64,000 nucleotides of DNA from an uncultured delta proteobacterium (GTDB lineage: Bacteria > Myxococcota_A > UBA9160 > SZUA-336), in contig CAVPHD010000009.1 in assembly GCA_963704165.1 (NCBI GenBank), positions 1 to 64,000 on the forward strand. The letters run 5' to 3'. The notes under the pieces are model-generated. The model made no database searches and was not told the DNA's origin. It saw nothing but the letters and a program-made list of their open reading frames with translations. Each line of letters begins with the position of its first letter. Within the stretch, counting starts at the first letter, position 1. The translations under genes were made by a program, and so were the position numbers. Of this stretch, positions 44,489-58,431 are shown in pieces.

Positions 44489-45340
44489 TCAGGTTTCCGC
44501 GGCCCGCGCGGGATCGGCGAGCACGTCTTTGTCGGGAGGCGGATCGACGCTCGGAGCGCCTCCCGTCAGCTCGAGCAAGGTCGCGCGCAGGCGCGGACCG
44601 TCGAGGTCCTCACGCATCTCCCCGTTTGCGACGAGCGAGATCCGGCCGGTTTCCTCGGACACGACGACGACGAGCGAGTCGGTCTCCTCGGTGAGCCCGA
44701 TCGCCGCGCGGTGACGCGTGCCGAACGCACTCGAGATGTCGCTGCGCGTCGCCAGCGGAAGGATGCAACCAGCCCAGGCAATTCGGCCCCGGCGCACCAC
44801 GACGGCACCGTCGTGGAGCGGGGAGTACGGCAGGAACAAAGAGATCAGGAGATCTCGCGAGAGATCCGCGTCGATTGGCGTGCCCTGCTCGACGAACTCG
44901 TCGATCTGAAGCTCGCGCTCGATCGCAATCAGTGCACCGACCCGGCGCTGCGCCAAGGCCTGACACGCGCGGACGATCTCCTCGATCGCGTGCGCCTGGT
45001 GCATCCGCGCCGGGGCGAACAGCCCGCGGCCGACGCGCGTCAGCGCACGGCGGACGTCGGCCTGGAAGATCACGATCAGGATGAGCAAGCCGGACGAGAG
45101 GAAGTTGTCGAGCAGGAACGAGACGGTGGCCAGCTCGAGCAGGTCCGAGAGCCGCCACGCCAGAACGAGCACCAGAAGTCCGAGCGCCATCTGCGCCGCG
45201 CGCGTGCCCTTGATGCGCATCAGCAGCCAGTACACGCACCAGGCGACGACGAGGATGTCGAGGGAGTCGCGAAGCGGCTGGAAGTTCTCGGCGAAGCTCT
45301 CCCAGCGTTCGAGCAGCCACGTGTAGACGAGCCAGGTCAC
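44489..45340 (-). CDS. cdaA: Diadenylate cyclase CdaA
   Basis: Three TM helices, GALIAIER, PLHDGA, GTRHRAA, VSEETG. Confidence 0.95.
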   Translation of the reverse strand: MTWLVYTWLLERWESFAENFQPLRDSLDILVVAWCVYWLLMRIKGTRAAQMALGLLVLVLAWRLSDLLELATVSFLLDNFLSSGLLILIVIFQADVRRALTRVGRGLFAPARMHQAHAIEEIVRACQALAQRRVGALIAIERELQIDEFVEQGTPIDADLSRDLLISLFLPYSPLHDGAVVVRRGRIAWAGCILPLATRSDISSAFGTRHRAAIGLTEETDSLVVVVSEETGRISLVANGEMREDLDGPRLRATLLELTGGAPSVDPPPDKDVLADPARAAET

Positions 45341-46197
45341 GCGACCCCCGCCGCGCGTGCGGCGCGGATCGCGCTCGCGACGTCCACGGCCTGCCGGGTT
45401 TCTGCAACGTCGTGCACGCGCACCGCGCGGGCGCCCGCGAGCACGGCGGCCGTCGCGGCCGCAAGCGAGCCCGGTAGCCGGTCGGCCATCGCGGCGCCGG
45501 TGAGCACCGCGACAAACTGCTTTCGCGAGGCGCCGACGAGCAGCGGGTAGCCGGTAGCGACGAGCTCGTCGAGGCGGGCGAGCAACGGCAGGTTGTGACG
45601 GAGTGGGTGCTTCCCGAAGCCGATCCCCGGATCGAGCCAGATGCGCTCGCGCGCCACCCCGGCGCGTTCAGCGTCCGAGGCCTCGGCGAGCAGGTCGTCG
45701 CGAACTTCGAGGACCACGTCGGTGTACACCGGATCGCGTTGCATGCTCGCGGGCTCGCCGCGCATGTGGTTCAAGACCAGCGTGGCGTCGTACACCGCAC
45801 AGACGGCCGCGAGGCCGCGATCGCGAAGTCCGGCCACCGCGTTCACGATCCGCGCACCCGCCGCGAGCGCTGCGGCCGCGACACTTGCGCGGCGCGTGTC
45901 GATCGAGATGGGGGTCTCCGTGCGCTTGGCGAGCCCTTCGATCACGGGCAGCACGCGCGCGCACTCCTCGGCCTCGGAAACCGGCATCGACCCGGGGCGC
46001 GTCGATTCACCACCGACGTCGAGCCAGTCCGCACCTTCGACAGCGAGCGTGAGCCCGTACTCGATCGCGGCTTCCGCGCTCGCGAGTCTCCCGCCGTCGG
46101 AGAACGAGTCGGGCGTGACGTTCACGATCCCCATCACGATCACTCGCGGGGCAGCGCTCGGCGCGCCGGAGGGCGTGTCCGGCCGCGGTTCGGGCAT
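45337..46197 (-). CDS. folP: Dihydropteroate synthase
   Basis: [45 protein letters not shown]. Confidence 0.97.
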   Translation of the reverse strand: MPEPRPDTPSGAPSAAPRVIVMGIVNVTPDSFSDGGRLASAEAAIEYGLTLAVEGADWLDVGGESTRPGSMPVSEAEECARVLPVIEGLAKRTETPISIDTRRASVAAAALAAGARIVNAVAGLRDRGLAAVCAVYDATLVLNHMRGEPASMQRDPVYTDVVLEVRDDLLAEASDAERAGVARERIWLDPGIGFGKHPLRHNLPLLARLDELVATGYPLLVGASRKQFVAVLTGAAMADRLPGSLAAATAAVLAGARAVRVHDVAETRQAVDVASAIRAARAAGVA

Positions 46198-46201
46198 GCG
46201 T

Positions 46202-48128
<1,927 letters not shown>

Positions 48129-48191
48129 CTCACCTCCGGGCGAGTGCGTGGCATCAACCTCTTCCGCCAAGCGCTCGAATTCTTTGTCAAT

Positions 48192-49553
48192 CTAACAACT
48201 TCGCCGCGGGCTTGGAAGCCGTAAGGCACGGAGTTCGAGCGGACCTTCACCGCCCTCCACCGCCTCGCTTCGCACCAGACCCGGAACCCAGATGACTTCC
48301 CCGCCTCGCTCGACGACCACCGCGCGCGCCCGAGCCTGTCTGGACCATCGGGCGCTTGCGAACAGCTCCTTGAGCGGACGTGGCCGTCCGCGCACGAAAA
48401 CCCGGTCGCTCTCGATCGGACTCCGCACGATCAGCGCCGAGTGCGGGAACGCGGGAAGACGCAGCAGGCGATCGGGCGGGTCCGGTGCAACACACGCGTG
48501 CCAGCTGAGACGCAGGCCCTGATCGGGCAATTCGAGCGCGCCTTCGCGCGGCAGTGCCTGGCGGAGCAGCGGCTCCGGAAACCGCGGACCGGTGGCGGGA
48601 CCCAGCCAGAGTCTCCCGCGATCTCGCAGCAGCCGGAAGCCTCCGGGGAGCGAGAGAACCCGCCCGGGCGCGGCCTGCTCGAGGAATGCGTCGATCCGCT
48701 CGACGTGGTTTCGCGAGAGCGACGATTCGAGTCCGGCGCGCGCGGCCAGCGCGAGCAGTGCGCGACGTCGCCGCCCCACATCGAACTCGGAGAGCTTCGC
48801 AGCGTCGAGCCATAGACCACCGTCACCCGGCTCCGAGAGCTGCTCGAGCCACGGCTCGAGCGTCGCGATCAATGCCGCGTCGTGTTCAGCGGCGAGATCG
48901 GCGAGCGACGCCAGCCGCTCGCTCGCGCCCGGGTGCAGGGCTTCGAGGGCGGGCAGGATCTCCGCACGCAGCCGATTTCGCGGTGTACGCAGGTCCGCGT
49001 TCGTCGCGTCCTCGCGAAATCCGAGCGCCCGCGCGGCGAGGTAACGACGCAGGCTCGAGCGGCGAACCCGGAGCAACGGACGCAGAACGCGTCCGCGATC
49101 GAGACTCGGCCGGATTGCCGCGAGTCCGCCGATCCCGGTTCCCCGCAAGGCCCGGAGCAGGACGGTCTCGGCCTGGTCGTCGAGGTGGTGCGCGGTCGCG
49201 AGGTGCCGGTAGTTTCCGGCGCGGCGCATTCGCTCGAGCTCCCGATAACGGAGCGCGCGTGCGCGCGCCTCGGGTGAGCGACCGTCGCGCGAAGCCGCAT
49301 CGACGTGCGCGACGGCGAGCGTGACGCCGAGCGTTCGCGCCAGATCCGCCACGAACGCCAGATCGGCATCCGCTTCGGGACCCCGCAATCCGTGATGCAC
49401 GTGCGCGGCGGCCACCCGCTGTCCCACACCGAGCAGAATCCGAAGAAGCGCGACGGAATCGCCCCCGCCCGAGACGGCAACGAGCACGGGTGAACCGCGA
49501 CTCACGCCATGCTCGCCCAGAAAACGAGCGACCTCGCGATGCACCGGGTCCAT
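48192..49553 (-). CDS. tilS: tRNA(Ile)-lysidine synthetase
   Basis: [37 protein letters not shown]. Confidence 0.95.
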   Translation of the reverse strand: MDPVHREVARFLGEHGVSRGSPVLVAVSGGGDSVALLRILLGVGQRVAAAHVHHGLRGPEADADLAFVADLARTLGVTLAVAHVDAASRDGRSPEARARALRYRELERMRRAGNYRHLATAHHLDDQAETVLLRALRGTGIGGLAAIRPSLDRGRVLRPLLRVRRSSLRRYLAARALGFREDATNADLRTPRNRLRAEILPALEALHPGASERLASLADLAAEHDAALIATLEPWLEQLSEPGDGGLWLDAAKLSEFDVGRRRRALLALAARAGLESSLSRNHVERIDAFLEQAAPGRVLSLPGGFRLLRDRGRLWLGPATGPRFPEPLLRQALPREGALELPDQGLRLSWHACVAPDPPDRLLRLPAFPHSALIVRSPIESDRVFVRGRPRPLKELFASARWSRQARARAVVVERGGEVIWVPGLVRSEAVEGGEGPLELRALRLPSPRRSC

Positions 49554-49675
49554 GGCCACAGAGTACGGATCCAGCGAGCATCGCCAAGCACTCGAAGCCC
49601 TCAACACCGCGGCCATGCGGACCGAAAACACATCTGACGCGCCGTGCCGCGCGAGACGGGGGGGAGAGGCTTCTC

Positions 49676-51769
49676 TTGGAGGGGATCGCCTGGATCGAGC
49701 GCGCGTCGGAGTCGCTGACCCGATTTTCGGGCGGCTTCGACGTCACCGTCAGCGCCGCGCTCGCCGCGGCGGCCGGCGGGTTGCTTCTCGGCTGGATCTG
49801 GCTGCGGCGCCGAGGCGCGTCGCGCCCGTCGCGGAAGCCGAGCGACCACGAGGCCGAGTACCGAAAGCTCGTCGAGCGCGGTGAGTTCGAGCACGCCGCC
49901 GACCTTCTCGTCGAGCGGCAGATGGTCGCGCGCGCGTTGCCGCTCTACGAACGTGCCGGGGCGAAACCCAAGCTCGCCCGCGCGCTTCTGCTGGCCAAGC
50001 AGCCCGCACGCGCGGCGCGCGTCTACGCCGAGCTCGGCCGACACGCCGAGGCCGCACACCACTTCCAGAGCGCCGGCATGTGGAGAGAAGCGGGCGAAGC
50101 GTTGCTGCTCACGGGCGAGGAGCGCGAGGCCGCGGAGCTCTTCGAGCGCGCAGGCGATCTCGAACGCGCCGCGGAGCTGCACCGGCAGCTCGGCGACGCC
50201 GACAACGCCTCGCGCCTGTTCGCTCGCGCAGGGCTCGGCGCCGCTGCGGCCGAATCGCTGCTCGAATCGCGCGGCCGCAAACCCCGCTCGCTCCGACGCG
50301 CGGCCGAGCTCTACGAGTCCGCGTCCGAGTGGGACAAGGCCGCGGCCTGTCACGCCGAGGCCGGAGATCCGCGCCAGGCCGCGGAGCTCTACGAGAAGGT
50401 CGGGCGACACGAACCGGCCGCCGCGGCCTACGAACGCTCCGGCGTCTACGATCGTGCCGCAGGCTGCTACGAGCGAGCGGGCAAGCGCGCAGAGGCGCGC
50501 GCGTGCTGGGAGCGGGCGGGCGATCGGCTGCGCGCCGCGGAGATGGCGCTCGAGGACGGCGATCACCTCGCCGCCGCCGGAGCCTTCTACGAGGTCGGCT
50601 CCTACGAGCGCGCCGTAGACACGCTTCAGCGCGTCCCGACCGACGCCGCGGGAGCGCACGCGGCCTCGAGACTTCTCGCCCGGATCTTCCTCGAGAAGGG
50701 CTTGATCGATCGCGCGCGGGAGAAGGTCGACGCGCTGGCTGCCGGCACGGGCTACGTCAAGGACGACCTCGAGCTCTTGCTGATGTTCGCAACGGCACTC
50801 GAGCGGAGCGGCGATACGGCCGGCGCTTTGGAAACCCTGGAACGCATCTCGCAGCTCGATTCGCAGTACGCCGACGTCGAAGCACGGATCGACCGCCTGA
50901 GAGACCGCTCGCCCGGAATCACCACCGCTCCGTCGCTCACGACGTCGGCGAGCGATCGCTACGAGCTACGCGATGAGATCGGACGCGGCGGAATGGGCAT
51001 CGTCTACCTCGCCAGCGACCGCGAGCTCGAGCGAGCCGTCGCGATCAAGTTCCTGCCGAGCGAGCTCGCGGCGAATCCGCAGGCCGTCCAGATGTTCCGC
51101 GCCGAGGCCCGCGCCGCCGCGGCGATGAATCACCCCAACATCGTGCACATCTACGACGTCGCGGTCGTGAACGGGCAACCCTGCATCGTGATGGAGTACG
51201 TGCAGGGGCGCACGGTCCGAGAGGTGATGCGGATCCGCGGCTCGAGCGAGCGGCAGCCGCTGCCGCCGCACCGCGTCGCGGAGATCGGGCGCGAGATGTG
51301 TGGAGCGCTGGCGTACGCGCACCGCTCGAACGTGATTCACCGCGACGTGAAGCCCTCGAACATCCTGCTCACCGCCGACGGCAGCGCGAAGCTGATGGAT
51401 TTCGGCATCAGCAAGGCGCTCGAGACCGGCAGCGACGCGCTCACCGAGGCGCGAGGCACGCCGCAGTACATGCCGCCGGAGCAGATCCTCGGCCACGAGA
51501 TCGACGGGCGCGCCGACCTGTATGCGCTCGGCATCTCGATGTTCGAGATGGCGACGGCCGAGCGTCCGTTCAGCGGCGACGGGGTGGTCGATCAACAGCT
51601 TCACGCGCCCCTTCCGGATCCGCGTCACCTGCGTCCCGAGATCCCGGAGGGGCTCGTCCGGATCCTCATGCGGGCGTGCGAGAAGGATGCCAACGACCGC
51701 TTCGCCTCGGCCCGCGAAATGGCGCAGGCGCTCGAAGCGCTGATCGGCGATTCAGCCAAGAAGCGCTGA
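49676..51769 (+). CDS. Membrane-anchored TPR-like repeat protein with C-terminal Hanks Ser/Thr kinase
   Basis: N-terminal TM followed by RRR; repeated AAE/AxYE(R/K)AG helices; GRGGMG, AIK, HRDVKPSN, DFG, GTPQYM. Confidence 0.9.
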   Translation: MEGIAWIERASESLTRFSGGFDVTVSAALAAAAGGLLLGWIWLRRRGASRPSRKPSDHEAEYRKLVERGEFEHAADLLVERQMVARALPLYERAGAKPKLARALLLAKQPARAARVYAELGRHAEAAHHFQSAGMWREAGEALLLTGEEREAAELFERAGDLERAAELHRQLGDADNASRLFARAGLGAAAAESLLESRGRKPRSLRRAAELYESASEWDKAAACHAEAGDPRQAAELYEKVGRHEPAAAAYERSGVYDRAAGCYERAGKRAEARACWERAGDRLRAAEMALEDGDHLAAAGAFYEVGSYERAVDTLQRVPTDAAGAHAASRLLARIFLEKGLIDRAREKVDALAAGTGYVKDDLELLLMFATALERSGDTAGALETLERISQLDSQYADVEARIDRLRDRSPGITTAPSLTTSASDRYELRDEIGRGGMGIVYLASDRELERAVAIKFLPSELAANPQAVQMFRAEARAAAAMNHPNIVHIYDVAVVNGQPCIVMEYVQGRTVREVMRIRGSSERQPLPPHRVAEIGREMCGALAYAHRSNVIHRDVKPSNILLTADGSAKLMDFGISKALETGSDALTEARGTPQYMPPEQILGHEIDGRADLYALGISMFEMATAERPFSGDGVVDQQLHAPLPDPRHLRPEIPEGLVRILMRACEKDANDRFASAREMAQALEALIGDSAKKR

Positions 51770-52618
51770 AGCGGTACCGACGATGACGACGGTGCGCTTC
51801 GCGTCGTCCTTCTCGACCCAGATCTCGTAATCGCGCCGCGTGAAGGCACCCTCGGCACTCTCGCCGCGGAGCTTCGCCCGCGCGCGAACGCGCTCGCCGC
51901 CCCAGAGCACGTTCACGAGCTTCACGTCCATCCGTCCGCCCGCGAACCAGCCCGCGCCGTGCGCATTGCCCATCACCTGCGACGCGAGACAGGTCGAGAG
52001 CATTCCCTGCACGACGACGTCGGGAAATCCGAACTTCTTCGCCTCGTCCCGGTCGGTGTGGTAGTTCCTGGCCGGCCCCGAGAATCGCCAGCAGGTGGCG
52101 AGATCGACGTGCAGATCGACCGGCTCGAGCTCGGGTCCGTCGCCCTCGCCGACCGCACGGCGTTCCTTCTTCTCCGCGCTTCCACGATCGACGACGAAGG
52201 CGCCTTCGGCCTTCGGCAGGTCCGCGAGAAAGGACTGATGGGTTCGAGATCGCACGAGCAATCGTCCGGCCTCGTCGCAGAAATCGACCTCGTTCACGAT
52301 GAAATCCCGATCGCGCTTCCGGTAGCGGTCGATCACGGTCGAGCGCGTGTGCACGGTCGACCCCGTGCGCAGGGGTGCGAAGAGCTGCCACTCCTGGCGT
52401 GCGTGCAGGTTTCCGACCAGATTCCGTAGATACCAGCGGTCGAGGTGGGCGTAGACCTCGCTGTGGTAGAGCAGCGGCGGTGCGAGCCCATCGTGCGCGT
52501 ACACCGGGTTTCGGTCCGCGAACGTGTCGCAGTAGAAGTCGATCACTTCGGGCGAGATCGGGCGCTCGGCCTGGTGGACGAGATCTCCGACGCGAACGGG
52601 CTGGCCTTTGAGGTTCAC
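51752..52618 (-). CDS. MaoC-like double hot-dog dehydratase
   Basis: FAD.NPVY, GNLHARQE, NYHTD..EA...GFPDVVVQG, KLVNVLW. Confidence 0.8.
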   Translation of the reverse strand: MNLKGQPVRVGDLVHQAERPISPEVIDFYCDTFADRNPVYAHDGLAPPLLYHSEVYAHLDRWYLRNLVGNLHARQEWQLFAPLRTGSTVHTRSTVIDRYRKRDRDFIVNEVDFCDEAGRLLVRSRTHQSFLADLPKAEGAFVVDRGSAEKKERRAVGEGDGPELEPVDLHVDLATCWRFSGPARNYHTDRDEAKKFGFPDVVVQGMLSTCLASQVMGNAHGAGWFAGGRMDVKLVNVLWGGERVRARAKLRGESAEGAFTRRDYEIWVEKDDAKRTVVIVGTASALLG

Positions 52619-52649
52619 GCCGCGATTCTGGCACACTCGGACCATCGAC

Positions 52650-54131
52650 ATGCAGCACGATCCCGGTCCAGAAGCGAACGTCGGGACCTGGCTCGTCGCT
52701 CACGCGGAAGCCCGGCCCGATCATCCGGCCCTCGTCGTCGAGGCGAGCGGTGAGCGCATCTCGTACGCGGAGCTGGAGGCTCGCGCGAACCGCGCGGCGG
52801 CGGCGCTCGCACGACTCGGCGTCGCCGCCGGTGACCGGGTCGCGCTCGCGCTCGCGAGTGAGCCGCTCTATCTCGAGCTCTACTTTGGCGCCGCGTTGCT
52901 CGGCGCGATCCTGCTTCCGCTGAACACCCGACTCACCGCCGCCGAGCTCGACTTTCAGATCGAGGACTCCGAGCCGCGCGTCGTCGTGCGCAACGAGAGC
53001 ATCGCGATTCGTCCGCGCGCGGGCGCTCGGCTGCTCGCGCCGGACGAGCTTCGCGCCCTCATGCCCGAACGCGCCGAACGCCCCACTCCGGCGCCGGGCG
53101 GCGAGAGTCCGCAGGTCATTCTCTACACGAGCGGCACGACCGGTCGGCCGAAGGGCGCGGTGCTCCCGCACCGAAAGACCTACTGGAACACGCGCAATGC
53201 GGAGCGGTACTTCGAGCTGGTGAGCGACGACGTCGTCGTCGTACCGGTCCCCCTCTTCCACTCCTTCGGGCTGAAGATCCTGTCCGTGCCGACGCTTTTC
53301 GCGGGCGCGACGGCCGTGCTCGTCGATCGCTTCGACCCGATCGGCCTTCAGGACTGCGTGGCGCGCGAGCGCGCGACCTTGCTCGGCGCCGTGCCCGTCA
53401 TGTACGAGCGCATGCTCGCGTCGGGACTCGCGCCGGAGAAGTTCGCCTCGCTGCGCTTTGCATTCAGCGCCGGCGCCGCGCTCGCGGTCGAGACGATCGA
53501 ACGCTACGCGCGTCTCGGGATCCGGCTCAAACAAGGCTACGGGCAGACAGAGACGTCGATCCTGTGCTGCCTCGACGCGTCGGACGCGGTTCGAAAAGCG
53601 GGCTCGGTCGGGAAGCCCGTCACCTTCGGCGAGGTGCGAATCGCCGACGAGCACGGCCACGACGTCGTGCGCGGCGCGCGAGGAGAGATCGTCGTGCGCG
53701 GACCGATCGTGATGACGGAGTACTGGCGCCGGCCGGAAGAGACGGCGCAGAGCCGGATCGACGGCTGGCACCGAACCGGAGATCTCGGCGTGGTGGACGA
53801 CGAGGGGAACATCTCGCTCGTCGGCCGATTGAAGGAGCTCTACATCAGCGGCGGTGAGAACGTGTACCCGGCCGAGGTCGAGCGCGTGCTCGGTCAACAC
53901 CCGGATGTGTCCGAGGTCGCCGTCGTCGGCGTACCGGACGCGACGTGGGGAGAGGCCGGACGCGCCTACGTCGTTCCCGCCCACGCGGACTTCGAGCCCG
54001 GGGCCCTGCTCGCCTGGGCGAGCGAACGCCTGGCGCGCTACAAGCTCCCGCGAGAGGTGGTGGTGGTCTCGGAGCTGCCGCGCACGGCCTCGGGGAAGGT
54101 GCAGAAGCATGCGCTCGTGGCTGACGCTTAG
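52650..54131 (+). CDS. Acyl-CoA synthetase (AMP-binding; MenE/FadD-like)
   Basis: YTSGTTGRPKG, PLFH, QGYGQTE, RTGD, SGGENVYP.EVE, LPRTASGKV.K. Confidence 0.92.
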   Translation: MQHDPGPEANVGTWLVAHAEARPDHPALVVEASGERISYAELEARANRAAAALARLGVAAGDRVALALASEPLYLELYFGAALLGAILLPLNTRLTAAELDFQIEDSEPRVVVRNESIAIRPRAGARLLAPDELRALMPERAERPTPAPGGESPQVILYTSGTTGRPKGAVLPHRKTYWNTRNAERYFELVSDDVVVVPVPLFHSFGLKILSVPTLFAGATAVLVDRFDPIGLQDCVARERATLLGAVPVMYERMLASGLAPEKFASLRFAFSAGAALAVETIERYARLGIRLKQGYGQTETSILCCLDASDAVRKAGSVGKPVTFGEVRIADEHGHDVVRGARGEIVVRGPIVMTEYWRRPEETAQSRIDGWHRTGDLGVVDDEGNISLVGRLKELYISGGENVYPAEVERVLGQHPDVSEVAVVGVPDATWGEAGRAYVVPAHADFEPGALLAWASERLARYKLPREVVVVSELPRTASGKVQKHALVADA

Positions 54132-54858
54132 CGGGGCGATCCTGCTCGTCGCGGGCTGCGCGTGGGTCGAGGGTGGAGGCCCCCCCGCGAAGCCCGTGCT
54201 CGATCCGGATCTCGTGCAGCGGGGCGCGGCGCTCTTCGCCGATCCGCGCCTCTCGGGCGACGGCGCCCGCAGCTGCGCGAGCTGTCATCCGGGCGGCGGC
54301 GAGGATCACGGGGTCTACCGATCGGGCGAGCGCGTCGAGCCCGGCGCCCCCGGGGGGCGGCGGACGAAGAGCCTGCGGGGACTCTGGCAGACCGCGCCCT
54401 ACTACTGGGACGGCTCCGCGCGAACGGTTCAGGACGCGATCGAGCGCATGCTCGAGACCGAGATGCGTCAGGGGAAGATCTCGGGGCGGGACCCGGAGGC
54501 GCTCGAGGCGTACCTGCTCTCGCTCGCGCCCTTCGATCGCGGGCGCATCCAGCCCGACGGATCGCTCGTCGAGCCCGCGAACCTGTCCGCGCGCAAGGGA
54601 TTCGCGGTCTTCGTCGAAGCCGATTGCGCGGACTGCCACCGCGCGCCCGCGTTCACGCGCGAGGGGCTCGTCGACGTCGGCACCGGGGGCCGCTTCGACG
54701 TTCCGACGCTCCGCGGCGTGTCGACGGGCGGCCCGTGGGGGCACGACGGTCGTTGGCCCGATCTCGAGTCCGCGGTGCGTGCGATCGCCGCGGCGCAGCG
54801 GATCGAGCTCACGGGCGACCAGCTGAGCCAGCTGCTCGCCTATCTCGCACTCCTGTAG
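54109..54858 (+). CDS. Diheme cytochrome c lipoprotein, cytochrome c peroxidase/MauG-like
   Basis: Lipobox LVAG-C; G..LF.DPRLS, CASCH, YWDG, CADCH, VPTLRGV...PWGHDG. Confidence 0.8.
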   Translation: MRSWLTLSGAILLVAGCAWVEGGGPPAKPVLDPDLVQRGAALFADPRLSGDGARSCASCHPGGGEDHGVYRSGERVEPGAPGGRRTKSLRGLWQTAPYYWDGSARTVQDAIERMLETEMRQGKISGRDPEALEAYLLSLAPFDRGRIQPDGSLVEPANLSARKGFAVFVEADCADCHRAPAFTREGLVDVGTGGRFDVPTLRGVSTGGPWGHDGRWPDLESAVRAIAAAQRIELTGDQLSQLLAYLALL

Positions 54859-54901
54859 CAGCGGCGCGCTCGTCCGGTTAGTGTTCTGCGCCCGCAAGTC
54901 T

Positions 54902-54975
54902 GGCGATGTAGCTCAGCTGGTTAGAGCAGGCGGCTCATATCCGCCGTGTCGGGGGTTCGAGTCCCTCCATCGCCA
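54902..54975 (+). tRNA. tRNA-Met(CAT), elongator type; CCA not encoded
   Basis: Acceptor GGCGATG/CATCGCC, D-arm GCTCAGCTGGTTAGAGC, anticodon stem GGCGG-CTCATAT-CCGCC, T-loop GGTTCGAGTCC. Confidence 0.93.
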
Positions 54976-55010
54976 CGCGCCGCAGAACCAGCACTTCAGG
55001 GAGAGAGCCG

Positions 55011-55616
55011 ATGGCCGTCGCCCAAGCCGACTTCCCGTCCCCCGAGCGGGACATCGCGGCCGGGATCGGAGCCGCACCGCAGACGGCGGTCCTCGCGGGC
55101 GGCTGCTTCTGGTGCACCGAAGCGGTCTTTCAAGCGCTCGATGGCGTACTCGACGTGACGTCCGGCTATGTCGGGGACGTGGCCGCGAAGGCGGATTACG
55201 AGACGGTGTGCGGCGGCGCGACGAACCACGCCGAGGCGATTCGCATCCGCTTCGATCCCGCGCGGATCCGATTCGGCGAGCTTCTGCGGATCTTCTTCTC
55301 GGTCGCGCACGATCCCACGCAAATCGATCGTCAGGGCAACGACATCGGACGTCAGTACCGATCCGCGATCTTCGCGGCCGATGCCGAGCAGAAGAGCGTG
55401 GCCGAGAGCTACATCGTGCAGCTCGACCGCGCGAAGATCTTTCCGGCTCCGATCGCGACGCGTGTCGAGCCGCTCTCGGAGTTCTTCGAGGCCGAGGTTT
55501 ATCACCAGAACTACGCCTCGCGAAATCCGCAGCAGCCCTACATCGCCGCGATCGCGCTCCCGAAAGTCGCGAAGCTTCACAAGCTCTATTCGGAGAGGCT
55601 GAAGTCGCGTCGCTAG
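55011..55616 (+). CDS. msrA: Peptide-methionine (S)-S-oxide reductase
   Basis: GGCFWC.E, SGY, HDPTQ..RQGND.G.QYRS, AE.YHQNY. Confidence 0.96.
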   Translation: MAVAQADFPSPERDIAAGIGAAPQTAVLAGGCFWCTEAVFQALDGVLDVTSGYVGDVAAKADYETVCGGATNHAEAIRIRFDPARIRFGELLRIFFSVAHDPTQIDRQGNDIGRQYRSAIFAADAEQKSVAESYIVQLDRAKIFPAPIATRVEPLSEFFEAEVYHQNYASRNPQQPYIAAIALPKVAKLHKLYSERLKSRR

Positions 55617-55630
55617 GGTACTCTGCGCGC

Positions 55631-57362
<1,732 letters not shown>

Positions 57363-57380
57363 CGATCTCGAGACGCGAGC

Positions 57381-57883
57381 TCAGTCGGCGGGCCCGATCG
57401 CGCGGAGCGCGCGCAGGTCGGACTCGAAACGGGCGGCGAGATCGCCCATCGCGCCCGATCCGGACTCGAGACCCGCGCGGGCGCGCTCACACCACGGCAG
57501 CAGATAGCGCCGGCAGAGTTCCGCGACGAGCACGTCGTCCTCGCGGTCGATCGCGGCCGCAAGGGCCTCGCAGCTCGGTGCGAGGTGATCGGGCGGCAGC
57601 GCCTTGTCCTGCCAGCGGAGTCCGAGGAAGTGCAGGACGCGCATCCACTCCTCGCGGGCGTGCCCCCCTCGAGCCCGAGCGCGGCGTGAAGCAGGAGTGA
57701 GACGGTCGGCAGCGGCGCCCCGACGTGGAAGGCGGACCAGTACTCGGACTCGACGTCCGAGAACGATCCGGGCAGGCCGAGCGCCTCCCACGCTTCGATG
57801 CGCTGCTCGGCGGAGGCCAGCGGGCTCCAGATCCGCGCCCAGCCCACGAAGGGCAGCGCGGCCTCTCGGGCCGCCTGGCTCAC
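57381..57883 (-). CDS. TorD/DmsD/EbdD-like molybdoenzyme chaperone (frameshifted)
   Basis: EY..AFHVG.P...SL, LPPDHL...E.L, L..W; last gene of the molybdoenzyme operon. Confidence 0.7.
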
Positions 57884-58431
57884 GCGCCGAGCTCGATCCA
57901 CCCGGGCGACACCGACTTCAGGCCGCCGCGATCGTTCTCGGCTCCCTGCCAGACGGCGATGGCGAGCTGACGCCGCGCGTCGAGCACCGCCCAGCTCTCG
58001 AGCTCGAAGACGCAGGCTCCAGCGCCCGCGACTTCCACTCCGCGATCGCGCGCCATCCGGCCGGTGCGATCGCTGCGCGCGACCGTCCCGAGGCCTTCGG
58101 CACGTACACCAAAGAGCGTCTCGCGATCGGCACGCCAGAGCGCGCCCTCGACGGCCTGGCCCGGCGCGCCCATCGTCAGCCATGGGGCGTCCGCGACGAC
58201 GGGCGCGATCACGGCGGCGGCGTCGGCGAAACGATCGACGTCATGTCCGATCTCGCGCGGTGCCTCCGGGCACGCCCAGCCGAGGCGAATCCGCCAGAGC
58301 CCTTCGGACTTCGAAGCCTCGAGATCGACGACCGCGGTTCGCGGCGCGTCGCGGCCGACGTAGGCGACCGGAACGTACCCGCCCGGAGACATCCCCGTCG
58401 GCGCCGCGATCATCGAGATCTTGCTGCGCAT
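57880..58431 (-). CDS. EbdC-like heme b gamma subunit
   Basis: RLGW, DRFADAAAV, TMGAPGQAV...WRAD, AEGLGT, AIAVWQG...RGGLKS. Confidence 0.8.
   Translation of the reverse strand: MRSKISMIAAPTGMSPGGYVPVAYVGRDAPRTAVVDLEASKSEGLWRIRLGWACPEAPREIGHDVDRFADAAAVIAPVVADAPWLTMGAPGQAVEGALWRADRETLFGVRAEGLGTVARSDRTGRMARDRGVEVAGAGACVFELESWAVLDARRQLAIAVWQGAENDRGGLKSVSPGWIELGA

Noticed and set aside
41625..44714. Very long alternative-frame ORFs (e.g. 41625-44714 +, 37228-40062 +, 17673-20618 +, 51666-54110 -, 25077-27452 -)
   Set aside because: They are antisense or shifted shadows of well-supported genes in high-GC DNA, with Arg/Ala/Pro-rich or motif-free translations.
52628..52645. Sigma54 promoter at CTGGCAC
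   Set aside because: No matching TTGC -12 element at the required spacing.
54902..54975. tRNA-Ile2 or initiator tRNA (CAT anticodon, tilS nearby)
   Set aside because: The paired G1-C72 and absence of three G-C pairs at the anticodon stem base argue against initiator. The overall sequence resembles elongator Met; Ile2 is not fully excluded.
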